Source: Camelus dromedarius
Taxonomy: Eukaryota
DNA length: 64,000 nucleotides
Reading direction: 5' to 3'
Assembly (NCBI RefSeq): GCF_036321535.1
Contig: NC_087447.1
Location: 44,456,001-44,520,000 of the forward strand
Made by a program: the position numbers and the translations under genes. Positions 39,801-53,530 of the stretch are shown here, piece by piece. A model generated the notes under the pieces. It did not search any database. It had not been told where the DNA came from and saw nothing but the letters and a program-made list of their open reading frames with translations. How positions within the stretch are numbered: the first letter of the stretch is position 1; every line of letters begins with the position of its first letter.

Positions 39801-42800
39801 GCAGAGCAATCCGAATGCCTGTTTACTTAGTGAACAAATATACACAGAGTACCTACTGTGTGCCTGGCCCTGTCCTAGGCTCAGGAGCGTTCAGAATGGG
39901 GTCTCCCGCTGATCTGGCTCAGAAATGTTCAAAGGCTCCTGACACTAGTGTCCACTCATTCAGCTTTTTCTGAACCAGTCTGGGGGATGCCTGAGAAGTC
40001 ACCAGGAAAGCCTTCCCCTGTTTCTTAGTTTTGAGGACCCTCAGGACTTAGTGACCTTGAGATTGTCCTATAGATCTGCAGTTCTCCCTCTCTCATTTCC
40101 AGTGAGGTTGGCTTGAGAGATGAGCAGATGCTGAAGGTGCATGAGCCGCATCCATAAATCCATAGAGCAGACCGTGATCACTCCAGTGATCAGATTGGAG
40201 TATCAGTCAGATCCCACTTCATGACCAAACGCAATAAAGAGTAGTCCTGTGACATCAGTCTCAGTAATTCCCTTGGTCAGCCAGTTCTCGGCTTGGAGTG
40301 AGTGTGGGATTCGGTGATGGTTATTAACTCCCTGTGACCCACCTGGAATTTGCAGTCACAAGCCCTCAGCACTCTTCTTTGTAAGTACAGTTGGTCCTCA
40401 TCATTTGCAGATTCTGTATCTGTGAATTTGCCAACTCTCTAAAATTTATTTGTAACCCTTGAATCAGTGCTCATGGAGCTTTCACAGTCACTCCCGGACA
40501 TGCGCAGAAGGATGGAAAATTCAAGTCTCTCGATGTGCACATTCCCGGCTGAGGTCGAACAAGGCAACGCTCTGCCTTCACGTTTCAACTCTCATAATGT
40601 AAACAAAGGTCCTTTTCGCGGTCTATTTAGTGCCACGTTTTTCACATTTTTGTGCTTTCTGTTTGGTAATTTTTTTTGTTTAAAATGGTCCCCAAGTGTA
40701 GGGTCAAGGTTATGTACTGACCACTTGACAAAAATGTTGTGATCAAAGACTCATAGGAGCTTAACACAGGTGGTGAGGTCTGGGCTGGGGTGGGATTTTG
40801 GCACAGGTCCTACTAGTCTCCTCTGTGCATCTACCATTCAGAGACTCTGGGCACCAACTCTAGTTGCCACTTAGCTCTGGATTTTCTGGCCAGAAAGATG
40901 GGGCATCACTCACACCAGCCTCTCTTCAGGTGACAGCCACAGATGCAGACAGTGGCCCATTTGGCCTCCTCTCCTATTCCTTGGGTGCCGGACTTGGGGC
41001 CTCAGGGCCTCCTCCATTCCGCATCGATGCCCACAGTGGCGACGTGTGCACAACCCGGACCCTGGACCGCGATCAGGGGCCTTCAAGCTTTGACTTCACA
41101 GTGACAGCTGTGGATGGGGTGAGTGGGCAGACTGTGGGAGGTTGGGGTGTTGGCTTAGGGCATTCACCAGGGTCATCCAAGCCCCACTTGACTTATGGCT
41201 GCATGTCTCACCAGGGAGGCCTCAAGTCCATGGTATATGTGAAGGTGTTTGTGTCAGATGAGAATGACAACCCGCCCCAGTTTTATCCACGGGAGTATGC
41301 TGCCAGCCTGAGTGCCCAGAGTACTCCAGGCACAGCTGTGCTGAGGGTGCGTGCCCATGACGCTGACCAGGGGCCCCATGGGCGACTCTCCTATCACATC
41401 CTGGCTGGCAATAGCCCACCACTCTTTGCCTTGGATGAGCACTCAGGTGAGGATCCTCCCATTCCCAGGGCTTGCCTCCCCACCTGCCTAAATGCAATCC
41501 TGCCTGCCCCCAACCCCAGCCTTCCAGCTCTGTTCTGTTTCCTAATACATCCTCACTTCTGTCCCTCCTCCCAGGGCTGTTGACAGTAGCCTGGCCCTTG
41601 GCCAGACGGGCCAACTCTGTGGTGCAGCTGGAGATCGGGGCACAGGATGGAGGTGGCCTGCAGGCAGAGCCCAGTGCCCGAGTCAACATCAGCATCGTGC
41701 CTGGAACTCCCCTGCCACCAGTATTTGAGCAACTACAGTATGTCTTTTCTGTGCCAGAGGATGTGGCACCAGGCACCAGTGTGGGCGTAGTCCAGGCACA
41801 CAACCCCCCAGGTATCACTTATCATTATATCCACCCAGTGCCATACCCAGACACCCAAGCATAGCCGTCGCATATTCCTCATAGATAGTCCCAGTACAAA
41901 ACACTCTGTTCTGGTCCTCACCACCTTCTTGGGTTGGGCGTGGTGTGGGCACTCTGCTTCATCCCCGGGTACGTGAGTGTCACCCTAGTGCCATGTAGCT
42001 TCTCTGCCAACACCTGCCCCTCTCCCTAATACTTTGAAAGGCCCAGTGTGGGCACTGCCTAGCCCTTTGGAGGATCAGAGTCTGGGCCCCAACTCAATAG
42101 GTGCCCCCTCATCTCTTTCCTGACTCTTCTCTCCTCTTCCCTAGGTCGCCTGGGGCCTGTGACCCTCGCCCTCTCAGGCGGGGATCCCCGAGGACTCTTC
42201 TCCCTAGATGGAGCCACAGGACTGTTACAAACGCTTCGCCCTCTGGACCGGGAGCTGCTGGGACCAGTGCTGGAGCTGGAGGTGCGGGCAGGCAGTGGTG
42301 TGCCTCCGGCTTTTGCTGTAGCTCGGGTGCGTGTGCTGCTGGATGATGTGAATGATAACTCCCCTGCCTTCCCTGCGCCTGAAGACACAGTGTTGCTGCC
42401 ATCAAGCATGGCCCCAGGGACCCCCATCTATACACTGCGGGCTTTGGACCCCGACTCAGGCATTAACGGTCGGGTCACCTTTACCCTGCTTGCTGGGGGT
42501 GGTGGGGCCTTCACTGTGGACCCCACCACAGGCCACGTACGGCTAATGGGACCTCTGGGGCCTCCAGGGGGGCCAGCCCATGAACTGGAGCTGGAAGCCC
42601 GGGATGGGGGCTCCCCACCCCGCACCAGCCACTTTCGACTGCGAGTGGTGGTACAGGACTTGGGGACCCGCGGGCTGGCTCCCCACTTCGACAGCCCTAT
42701 CTACCGTGTGGACCTGCCCTCAGGCACCACCCCTGGAACTCAGGTCCTCCAAGTGCAGGCTCGAGCACCAGATGGGGGCCCTGTCACCTACCATCTTGCA

Positions 42801-45800
42801 GCAGATGGGCCCAGTAGCCCCTTTGGCCTGGAACCACATAGTGGGTGGCTATGGGTGCGAGCAGCACTGGACCGTGAGGCCCAGGAGTTGTACACACTGA
42901 AGGTAATGGCAGTGTCTGGGTCCAAAGCTGAGCTGGGGCAGCAGACAGCCACAGCCACCGTGAGGGTCAGCATCCTCAACCAGAATGACCACAGTCCCCG
43001 CTTGTCTGAGGAGCCCACCTTCCTGGCTGTGGCTGAGAACCAGCCCCCAGGGACCAGTGTGGGCCGGGTCTTTGCCACTGACCGAGATTCAGGACCCAAT
43101 GGACGTCTGACCTACAGCCTGCGACAGCTGTCAGAAGACAGCAAGGCCTTCCGCATCCACCCGCAGACCGGTGAGCACTGGGACCCAAAATCTGAGACTC
43201 CATAGCCTCATCCTTAGACTAGTGAATACCCAGACAGGATCCCCAGAGCCCCGCCATGAGGACCAGGACCGAGCCTAGAGTTTTAACTCTGGCATTCCCT
43301 CCCACACTCCCAAACCCCAGCCTCTCAGCCACAGACCTCAGGCTCTGCATCCCTAACTACTCCATACATGATCTCTATCTATCCTGCACTCTCAGGAGAG
43401 GTGACCACACTGCAAACCCTGGACCGTGAAAAGCAGAGCAGCTACCAGCTCCTGGTGCAGGTGCAGGATGGGGGGAGCCCACCCCGGAGTACCACAGGCA
43501 CAGTACACATTGCAGTCCTCGACCTCAATGACAACAGTCCCACCTTCCTGCAGGCTTCAGGGGCTGCTGGTGGGGGCCTCCCTATACAGGTACGTGAAGC
43601 TGCAGGACCCCGCCCTGAAGTGAGAGGGTGTGTGGGTCTCTGCCTAGAGCTGTAGGTGTAGGTACGAGCAATTGTAACTTGGAACAGGAGTGAGAGCAAA
43701 ACAGGGGCTCTGCCTGCACATTGGTGAGGGGAACTCATCCTGAGTTGTCTCAAGAACAGAAAGCAGACCACTGTAGGTGAGTTGTATGTTCCCACAGGTA
43801 CCAGATGGTGCGCCTCCAGGAACACTGGTGACGACTCTGCAGGCCAAGGATCCGGATGAGGGGGAGAATGGAACCATCCTGTACATGCTAACTGGTATGG
43901 GAGGTGGAGAGAAGGGAATTGATGGGTGATAACATGCCCTCATGACCTGTCCAGCTCTGGAACCCACGCCCTCCCTGTTCCCTGCCTGTCCCAAGGTCCC
44001 GGCTCAGAGCTCTTCTCTCTGCACCCTCACTCAGGGGAGCTGCTCACTGCAGCACCCCTGATCCGGGCGGAACGGCCTCATTATGTACTGACACTCAGTG
44101 CTCACGACCAAGGCAGCCCCCCTCGGAGCTCCAGCCTCCAGCTGCTGGTCCAGGTATGGCTGCCCTTCCTCCAGTCTGTCCACTTCTCCTTGGCCACCAA
44201 TGTGGGCGCCCCTTCTCCAGAGCGCCATCTTCAGAAGTCCTTGAGCCCTCTAGTCAGGCTGTTCTGACCGCCCCTCCTGCTACGCAGCAGGCCAGCCCAG
44301 GTTCCCTTTTACATGGGTCCGCCTGATTCTGTCCTCCCTCCCGGGTCCACCACAGGTGCTTCCCTCAGCTCGCTCTGCTGAGCCTCCACCAGATACCTCA
44401 GAGCCAGACCCGGCGGCGCCTGTGCCCGTGGTGCTGACCGTGACAGCAACCGAGGGTCTTCGGCCCGGCTCCCTGTTGGGCTCCGTGGCGCCGCCAGAGT
44501 CGGCAGAGGTGGACGCACTCACCTATACTCTGGTGGGCGGCGCCGACCCCGAGGGCACCTTCGCGCTGGATGCGGCCTCCGGGCGCTTGTACCTGGCGCG
44601 GCCCCTAGACTTCGAGGCGGGCCCGGCGTGGCGCGCGCTCACAGTGCGAGCCGAGGGGCCGGGAGGCGCGGGCGCGCGGCTGCTGCGGGTGCAGGTGCGC
44701 GTACAGGACGAGAATGAGCATGCGCCGGCCTTCGCGCGCGACCCTCTGGCGCTGGCGCTGCCGGAGAACCCCGAGCCCGGCGCCGCGCTGTACACTTTTC
44801 GCGCGTCCGACGCCGACGGCCCGGGCCCCAACAGCGACGTGCGCTACCGCCTGCTGCGCCAGGAGCCGCCCGTGCCTGCGCTTCGGCTGGACGCGCGCAC
44901 CGGGGCGCTCAGCGCACCGCGAGGCCTGGACCGGGAGACCACACCTGCTCTGCTGCTGCTTGTGGAAGCCACCGACCGGCCCGCCAACGCCAGCCGCCGC
45001 CGCGCAGCGCGCGTTTCCGCGCGCGTCTTTGTCACGGATGAGAATGACAACGCTCCGGTCTTTGCCTCTCCCTCACGTGTGCGCCTCCCCGAGGATCAGC
45101 CGCCTGGGCCCGCGGCGCTGCATGTGGTAGCCCGGGACCCGGACCTGGGCGAGGCCGCACGCGTGTCCTATCGCCTGGCAGCTGGCGGGGACGGCTATTT
45201 CCGGCTACACCCCAGCACCGGTGAGTTGGGCCCAGAGGATGGGGGCGAGGACGGTGCTCATGCGGAGAGACTATTGAGGTTTCCTTCCAACCTTCTCGAT
45301 CTCTCACCTAGGAGCGCTGTCCGTGGTGCGGTCCCTAGACCGCGAGCAGCGAGCTGAGTATGTGCTGACTGTGGTGGCCTCCGACCACGGCTCCCCGCCG
45401 CGCTCAGCCACGCAGCTCCTGACTGTCAGTGTCGCCGATGTCAACGATGAGGCACCCGCTTTCCAGCAGCAGGAGTACAGCGTCCTCTTGCGTGAGAACA
45501 GCCCTCCTGGCACATCTCTGCTCACTCTGCGGGCAACCGACCCTGACCTGGGTAAGACCTGGGGGGATGAGTTGAGACAGGGATAGACTGGAGTGAGAGA
45601 TAGTCTGTTTACCCTCTGATCTTCCCCCACGCTGCTCCTCCTCAGGGGCCAATGGGCAAGTGACTTATGGAGGCATCTCTGGCGAAAGCTTCTCCCTGGA
45701 CCCAGACACTGGAGTTCTTACAACTCTTCAGGCCCTGGATCGGGAGGAGCAGGAGGAGATCAACCTGACAGGTACACATTGATAGGACCCCAAAAGCTAG

Positions 45801-48800
45801 AGGTGCTGTAAACACCAGTGTTACATGGGCAGAACCCCCAAAGTACCTTCAAGAAGCTTCCACCTATTACAGCACAGCTTCTGTTATAGTTTTGAATCTT
45901 TGGGGGGAGTCAAGAATTTGGCAGAGTGCAAGGTGAACTGACTTCTAGGCTGTCACCACTGTGATCACAGTAACTCTTAAATGCATAATGTCACGGCTCG
46001 GCCCTCTAGGAATCCCTCAGATTATGCTGTAGCCATTTAACAGAGGGGCATATTAATACTGAGTACTAGAAAGATTAAATGAATTGCTCAACCTAACATA
46101 GCTTGGAAATGGCAGTCAAATCAATGACTTGATCCCAGATCTTTTGTTACCTCATTTAGTGCCTTTTCTGTGACACCGCCACTAATCCAAGCTACATCAT
46201 GCATGCACCAAGTATGGGAGATGAGAAGAAAAAAACATCTTCTGACACAAGTATATGTATGTGTGCCTGTACATATGTAGGCACCTGTGTGCTTATAGGG
46301 TGTGGAGAGATGGACATATTCTGATTTTTGTGTGCACCTGGTAAACACATGTGACCACTATGTGGTGTGGTTTCCTCTGTGGGATGGGAGTAAGCTAGAT
46401 CTCAGATTTTGCTTCCCAACAGTGTATGCCCGAGATGGGGGCTTGCCTCCGCTGTTGACCCATGTGACAGTGCGAGTGGCTGTGGAGGACGAGAATGACC
46501 ATGCTCCAACCTTTGGGAGTGCCCATCTCTCCCTGGAGGTGCCTGAGGGCCAGGACCCCCAGACCCTTACCACGCTGCGGGCCTCTGACCCAGACGTGGG
46601 AGTCAATGGGCAGCTGCAGTACCGCATCCTGGGTGAGAACCTTCCCACACTCGTTTGCCCAGGTCCACTCCCTGTTGGCCTGTGTTAGACCCACTGTGCC
46701 TGGGTCTCCTCTGTCTTCTCTTTACATTTTCCTCTTTTTCTTTCATGCATATATCTGTCTCTGAGTGTCTCTTTCTGTGCCCCTCCAGTTCTTGATCTCC
46801 TTTTCGTCTTTTTTTATCTTCCTGTTTCTTTTCTTTTTCTTTCTTGCTTGTTTCTTCCTATAGAGCAGTAGTTCTAAAGCTTTTTAGTCTCAGGAACTCA
46901 ACATTCTTAACTTTTTAGAACTGTAAAGAACTTTGGCTTACATGACATCAATATTTATTAATAAGATAAAATGTGATACAATAATGTAATAAATACGTTA
47001 TATATATATTACATACAATATATCAATATTTACCATATTAGATGTTAAACCTGAGAAAGACTTTAAATATCATTGCAGAACAAGCCAATGAAGTGAACTG
47101 CTTGTCATGTTTATGCATAGGCCCAAGGAAATTTTGGGATTTCAACTCACAATTTAATTTGTTGGACAGTAATGAGGTTGCAAAGATTATAGCAGGTGTA
47201 ACTGAAGGCAAGCCAGCAAAAACTAAATGAATCTCTGAAAACAATGCATATTTATGCTCTAAACTGTCTACCCAGAGTATTCTAAAAAACATAAGAATGC
47301 ATAAGCACACATTCCATTAACCATCCAAGGAATGATGTCATCATATGTCATCTGGACTCCATGATACATTTGTGAGTTAATGAGAATGAAAAAGTCAAAT
47401 AATGTCAGTATTGCTACGAAAATATTTTTGATCTTATGTACTCCTGGAAAGGGTCTCAGGGGAATCCCTGGGGTCCCCAGACCACATTCTGAGACAAGTA
47501 GTATCTTTCTTTACCTTCCGTGTTCCTCTTTGTTTCTCTGCCTTTCTCACACTTTTCCTCTTTTCTTTCTCTTTCTCTGTCTCTCTCTTTACTGTTGCCT
47601 GTAAATCAACCCCACTCCCATGTTTGTTTATGTGTGCATGCCCTTCTCTGCAGATGGGGACCCCTCAGGAGCCTTTGTCCTAGACCAAGCTTCTGGGGAG
47701 TTTGGCACCATGAGGCCACTAGACCGGGAGGTGGAGCCAGCATTCCAGCTGCAGATAGAAGCCCGGGATGGAGGCCAGCCAGCCCTCAGTGCCACTCTGC
47801 TTGTGACAGTGACAGTGCTGGATGCCAATGACCATGCCCCAGCCTTCCCTGTGCCTGCTTACTCTGTGGAGGTGCCTGAGGATGCTCCTCCAGGGACCCT
47901 GCTGCTGCAGCTACAGGCTCACGATCCTGATGCTGGGGCCAATGGCCGCGTGACCTACTACCTGGGTGCAGGGGCAGCAGGAGCCTTCCTGCTGGAGCCC
48001 AGCTCTGGGGAATTGCGCACAGCCGCAGCCCTGGACAGAGAACAGTGTCCCAGTTATGCCTTTACTGTGAACGCAGTGGATGGTGCAGCTGCTGGGCCCC
48101 TAAGCACCACAGTGCCTGTCACCATCACCGTGCGTGATGTCAATGACCACGCACCCACCTTTCCCACCAGTCCCCTGAGGCTGCGCCTGCCCCGCCCAGG
48201 CTCTAGCCTCAGCACCCCAACCCTGGCTCTGGCCACTTTGCGAGCTGAAGACCGTGATGCTGGTGCCAATGCCTCCATCCTATACCGGCTGGCAGGCACA
48301 CCACCTCCTGGCACCACTGTGGACTCTTACACTGGTGAAATTCGTGTGGCCCGATCCCCTGTATCCCTGGGCCCCAGAGATCGTGTCCTCTTCATTGTGG
48401 CCACCGACCTTGGCCGTCCAGCTCGCTCTGCCACAGGTGTGGTCATTGTTGGGCTGCAGGGGGAGTCTGAGCGTGGACCCCGCTTTCCCCGGGCTAGTAG
48501 TGAAGCCATGCTCCGTGAGAATGCACCCCCAGGTGGGTCCCCAGTCATGTCTCCCAGCTTTGTATCCCTGGATGGGCTGGGGTTACTCACTAAAAATGGT
48601 CCCCAGACTCCGTCAGTCTAGCACTCACAGTCTGATACAATCCTCTCTGCAGGGACTCCCATTGTCTCCCCTAAGGCTGTCCATGCGGGAGGCTCAAGTG
48701 GACCCATCACCTACAGCATCCTCAGCGGGAATGAGAAAGGGACATTCTCCATCCAGCCTAGTACAGGTAAGGGGCAGGAGCAGGGGGCTCTGTGAGGGGA

Positions 48801-51800
48801 CAGGCTTCTGGGGAGCTTCTCTTTGGGCTCAAGGAGACTCTGGTTGGGGAGAGGCTGCCCCTGAGTAAAGGGCCTCAGAGAGGGAGGCTCTAGGGCAAGG
48901 GAGGGGTCTGTCAGTGATGCATTCTGCCTCCCCCAGGAGCCATGACAGTTCGCTCAGCCGAGGGGCTGGACTTTGAGGCAAGCCCACGGCTGCGACTGGT
49001 GCTGCAGGCGGAGAGTGGAGGAGCCTTTGCTTTCTCCGTGCTGACCCTAACCCTGCAAGATGCCAATGACAATGCTCCCCGCTTCCTGCGGCCCCACTAC
49101 GTGGCCTTTCTGCCCGAGTCCAGGCCTTTGGAGGGACCCCTGCTGCAGGTGTGGGATGTGATGGGAAGATGGGGGACAGGGCTGGCTGGGCAGACTTTGT
49201 CTGTGGCCAGCCTAGTGCCAGCAGCCTCCTCCTCCCACCAGGTGGAGGCAGATGACCTGGATCAAGGCCCCAGTGGACAGATCTCCTACAGTCTGGCTGC
49301 ATCCCAACCAGCTCGGGGATTGTTCCATGTAGACTCAGCCACGGGCACTATCACTACCACAGCTATCCTGGACCGTGAGATCTGGGCCGAAACACGGTGA
49401 GGCTTGGCTCTGCAGACCCTGAGACCCCACCCTGGGTCTATCCAGTTTCAGGTCCTGCACTGAATCCCCCTCAATCCCTAGACCACATCCTGAGTCCCCC
49501 ACCCACTAGCCTGTCCTGAGTCCTCTTATCCCTGCCCAGGGTTCTCCCATGAGGTCCCACCACCTGACTGTGCTCTATGTCCAGGCTTGTACTGATGGCC
49601 ACAGACAGAGGAAGCCCAGCCCTGGTGGGCTCAGCTACCCTGACAGTGATGGTCATCGACACCAATGACAACAGCCCCACCATTCCCCAGCCCTGGGAGC
49701 TCCGAGTGTCAGAAGGTGAGGGCCCGGCAAAGTGAGAGGTACAAAGGGTGGTAGAGTGGTACAGTTTCCCACTCTGGGGCTCCAGGACTGTCTGGGACCC
49801 TGCCAAACACACTTGTGCTGTGTATTGCAGATGCGCTATTGGGCTCAGAGATTGCACAGGTAACAGGGAATGACGTGGACTCAGGACCAGTGCTGTGGTA
49901 TGTGCTGAGCCCATCTGGACCCCAGGATCCCTTCAGTGTAGGCCGCTATGGAGGCCGCCTCTCCCTCACGGGCCCCCTGGATTTCGAGCAGCGTGACCGC
50001 TACCACCTGCAGCTGTTGGCACATGACGGGCCTCATGAAGGCCGTGCCAACCTCACGGTGCTTGTGGAGGATGTCAATGACAATGCACCTGCCTTCTCCC
50101 AGAGCCTCTACCAGGTACCAGTGCCCCTGGATGTCTCCCCCCGGGCCAGGTTGTTCAGACTGGCAGAAAGTGATGAGGCTAGAAGGGTCTGGGGAGGGCT
50201 GGATGTTGGAACTGATCTGGGGGTGCAGCTCTGAGGACAGAAGGGTCCCATCTCAACCCAGCCTTCCAAGCCCTGGAACTGTGTCCAGGTTCATCCTGAG
50301 CCCAGAAATGGGAGAAGGTGGACAACACACATACTAAAGGGTATGGACTCCAAGCTGGAATGGATGCCAAGTAGTGCTCTTGGGACCAAGCTCCAGAACA
50401 TGGGCTGAGTGAGCAGCAGGGCATCTGGGAAACTTGGCCATAAACACTTGTCCTCACCCCTCAGGTGATGCTGCTTGAGCACACACCCCCAGGCAGTGCC
50501 ATTCTCTCCGTCTCTGCCACTGACCGGGACTCAGGTGTCAATGGTCACGTCTCCTACCACCTGGCTTCCCCTGCTGAGGGCTTCAGTGTTGACCCCAACA
50601 ACGGTGCGTCCTTCCCTTATGCTGGAGTGTGTTCGGCTGTATTTTGGCCTTATTCGTAAAATTTCTTGCCTAAACTCTTGACTCCTGGATCTCTGACCCA
50701 GGGAGGACATTTTCCCCCTTTGTCTCTATGTTAAACACAGTCCTGACTGTGTGTCTAGAGGCCACTCCCTGAAGCCTGGAGGCCATTCCATCATCTCCCA
50801 ACATACCAGGAGTTGGGAGTCTGACTTCCAACGCCAATTCCTAGTCCCCGAAGGGTCCCTCTGCTCACCCACAGCCTCTGCTGACTATATATTTCTCTCC
50901 ATTCCCTTCTCATCTCAGGGACCTTGTTCACAACAGTGGGAACATTGGCCTTGGGTCATGAAGGGCCAGGAGTGGTGGATGTGGTGCTGGAAGCACGAGA
51001 TCATGGGATGCCGAGCCGGACAGCACAAGCCACAGTGCATGTGCAGCTGCAGGACCAGAATGACCATGCCCCGAGCTTCACACTGCCACACTACCGTGTG
51101 GCTGTGACTGAGGATCTGGCCCCTGGTTCCACCCTGCTCACCCTGGAGGCCACAGATGCTGATGGAAGTCGCACCCACACCACTGTGGACTACAGCATTG
51201 TCAGTGGCAACCGGGGCCGAGTCTTCCAGCTGGAACCCCGGCTGGCTGAGGCTGGGGAGAGTGGTGGACTAGGCCCCCAGGCACTGGGCTGCCTGGTGTT
51301 GCTTGAGCCTCTAGACTTTGAAAGCCTAACCCAGTACAATCTAACTGTGGCTGCAGCTGACCGGGGGCAGCCACCTCGCAGCTCAACTGTGCCGGTCACC
51401 GTCACCGTGCTGGATGTCAATGACAACCCACCTGTCTTCACCCGCTCATCCTACCGCGTGGCAGTACCCGAGGACACGCCCATTGGAGCCGAGCTGCTGC
51501 AGGTGGAGGCCTCTGATGCTGACCCAGGCCCTCACGGCCTGGTGCGTTTCACCCTCAGCTCAGGCGACCCTTTGGGGCTCTTTGAGCTGGATGAAAGCTC
51601 GGGCGACTTGCGACTGGCCCGCCCCTTGGACTGTGAGACCCAGGCTCGACATCAGCTTGTCGTGCAGGCTGCCGACCCTGCCGGGGCACACTTTGCTCTG
51701 GCACCAGTGACCATCGAGGTCCAGGATGTGAATGACCATGGCCCGGCTTTCCCGTTGAGCTTGCTCAGCACCAGCCTCGTGGAGAACCAGCCTCCAGGCA

Positions 51801-53530
51801 CTCTTGTGACCACGCTGCATGCTATTGATGGGGACGCTGGGGCTTTCGGGAGGCTCCACTACAGCCTGCTGGAGGCTGGGCCAGGGCCTGAGGGTCATGA
51901 GGCGTTTGCACTGAACAGCTCAACAGGGGAGTTGCGGGCACGAGTGGCCTTTGACTACGAGCACACAGGAAGCTTCCAGTTGCTGGTGGGTGCTACCGAT
52001 GCTGGGAATCTGTCAGCCTCAGTCACCGTGTCAGTGCTGGTGACTGGCGAGGATGAGTATGATCCAGTATTTCTGGCTCCAGCTTTCCACTTCCAAGTGC
52101 CAGAAGGTGCCAGGCGTGGCCACAGCCTGGGTCACGTGCAGGCCACAGATGAGGATGGAGGTGCTGATGGCCTGGTGCTCTATTCCCTTGCCACCTCTTC
52201 CCCCTATTTTGGTATCAACCAGACTACAGGTGCCCTATACCTGCGGGTGGACAGCCGGGCACCAGGCAGTGGAACGGGCACCTCTGGGAGTGGGGTCCGG
52301 ACCCGGCGAGAGGCACCACGGGAGCTGAGGCTGGAGGTGGTGGCACGGGGGCCTCTGCCTGGTTCCCGGAGTGCCACGGTGCCTGTGACTGTGGACATCA
52401 CCCACACTGCGCTGGGCCTGGCACCTGACCTCAACCTGCTATTGGTGGGGGCTGTGGCGGCCTCCCTGGGAGTCGTGGTGGTGCTTGCACTGGCAGCCCT
52501 GGTGCTCGGGCTGGTGCGGGCCCGTAACCGCAAGGCTGAGGCAGCGCCTGGCCCGATGTCACAGGCAGCACCCCTGGCCAGTGGCTCCCTGCAGAAGCTG
52601 GGCCGAGAGCCCCCCAGCCCACCGCCCTCAGAGCACCTGTATCACCAGACTCTCCCCAGCTATGGTGGGCCAGGAGCTGGAGGACCCTACCCCCGTGGTG
52701 GCTCCCTAGACCCTTCACACTCAAGTGGCCGAGGCTCAGCAGAGGCTGCAGAGGATGACGAGATCCGCATGATCAACGAGTTCCCGCGTGTGGCCAGTGT
52801 GGCCTCCTCGCTGGCTGCCCGTGGCCCGGACTCCGGCATCCAGCAGGATGCAGATGGACTGAGTGACACATCCTGCGAGCCACCTGCCCCTGACACCTGG
52901 TATAAGGGCCGCAAGGCAGGGCTGCTGCTGCCGGGCACAGGAGCCACTCTGTACCGAGAAGAGGGCCCCCCAGCCACTGCCACAGCCTTCTTGGGCGGCT
53001 GTGGGCTAAGCCCCGCACCCACTGGGGACTATGGCTTTCCAGCAGATGGCAAGCCATGTGTGGCAGGTGCGCTGACGGCCATTGTGGCCGGTGAGGAGGA
53101 GCTCCGTGGCAGCTATAACTGGGACTACCTGCTGAGCTGGTGCCCTCAGTTCCAGCCGCTGGCCAGCGTCTTCACAGAGATCGCCCGGCTCAAGGATGAA
53201 GCTCGGCCGTGTCCCCCGGCTCCCCGTATTGACCCACCACCCCTCATCACTGCTGTGGCCCACCCAGGAGCCAAGTCTGTGCCCCCCAAGCCGGCCAGCA
53301 CGGCTGCAACTCGGGCCATCTTCCCACCGGCCTCTCACCGCTCCCCAATCAGCCACGAGGGTTCCCTGTCCTCAGCTGCCATGTCCCCCAGCTTCTCCCC
53401 CTCGCTGTCTCCTCTGGCTGCTCGCTCACCTGTTGTCTCACCATTTGGGGTGGCCCAGGGCCCCTCAGCCTCAGCACTCAGTGCAGAGTCCGGCCTGGAG
53501 CCACCCGATGACACAGAGCTGCACATCTAG
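33839..53530 (+). CDS. DCHS1: Protocadherin-16 / dachsous cadherin-related 1, 3,296 aa. join(33839-35629,40930-41118,41215-41446,41575-41811,42145-43170,43396-43589,43798-43894,43996-44153,44356-45220,45312-45551,45646-45771,46423-46632,47654-48532,48653-48766,48937-49148,49242-49396,49585-49715,49831-50114,50465-50603,50919-53530)
   Basis: Kozak GCCATG, signal peptide, many cadherin repeats (DxNDN, LDRE, DxD), TM helix LLLVGAVAASLGVVVVLALAALVLGLV and a dachsous-type tail ending PPDDTELHI. All introns GT-AG with compatible phases; total 9,891 nt. Confidence 0.97.
36360..36695 (-). mobile_element. LINE-1 3' end fragment, antisense
   Basis: T-rich tail then CAGTTTTAGATTCCTAGTAACATTGAGTGGAAGGTACAGA...CCAAAGTCCATAGTT, typical of old L1M 3' UTRs. 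Confidence 0.7.
38166..38377 (+). mobile_element. MER20-like hAT-Charlie DNA transposon
   Basis: CAGTGGTTT...GGGACATTTGGCAATGT...TTTTTGGTTGTCACAACTGG...GCTGAGAAATCCTG. Confidence 0.8.
40388..40745 (+). mobile_element. TcMar-Tigger-like DNA transposon fragment
   Basis: Starts TA|CAGTTGGTCCTCATCATTTGCAGATTCTGTATCTGTGAATTTGCC, with a Tigger-like interior. Confidence 0.7.
44400..45200. promoter_or_regulatory. Intragenic CpG island coinciding with DCHS1 exon 10
   Basis: Abrupt rise in CpG density (e.g. CGCGCGCG runs) relative to neighbouring exons. Confidence 0.75.
46866..47501. mobile_element. hAT-Charlie-like DNA transposon in DCHS1 intron 13
   Basis: Termini CAGTAGTTCTAAAGCTTTTTAGTCTCAGGA ... 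GGTCCCCAGACCACATTCTGAGA with an AT-rich interior. Confidence 0.6.

Noticed and set aside
49956..51172. Residues equivalent to human mitral-valve-prolapse variants DCHS1 R2330 and R2513
   Set aside because: By exon-based numbering both are Arg (CGC at 49956-49958 and 51170-51172), i.e. the reference state.
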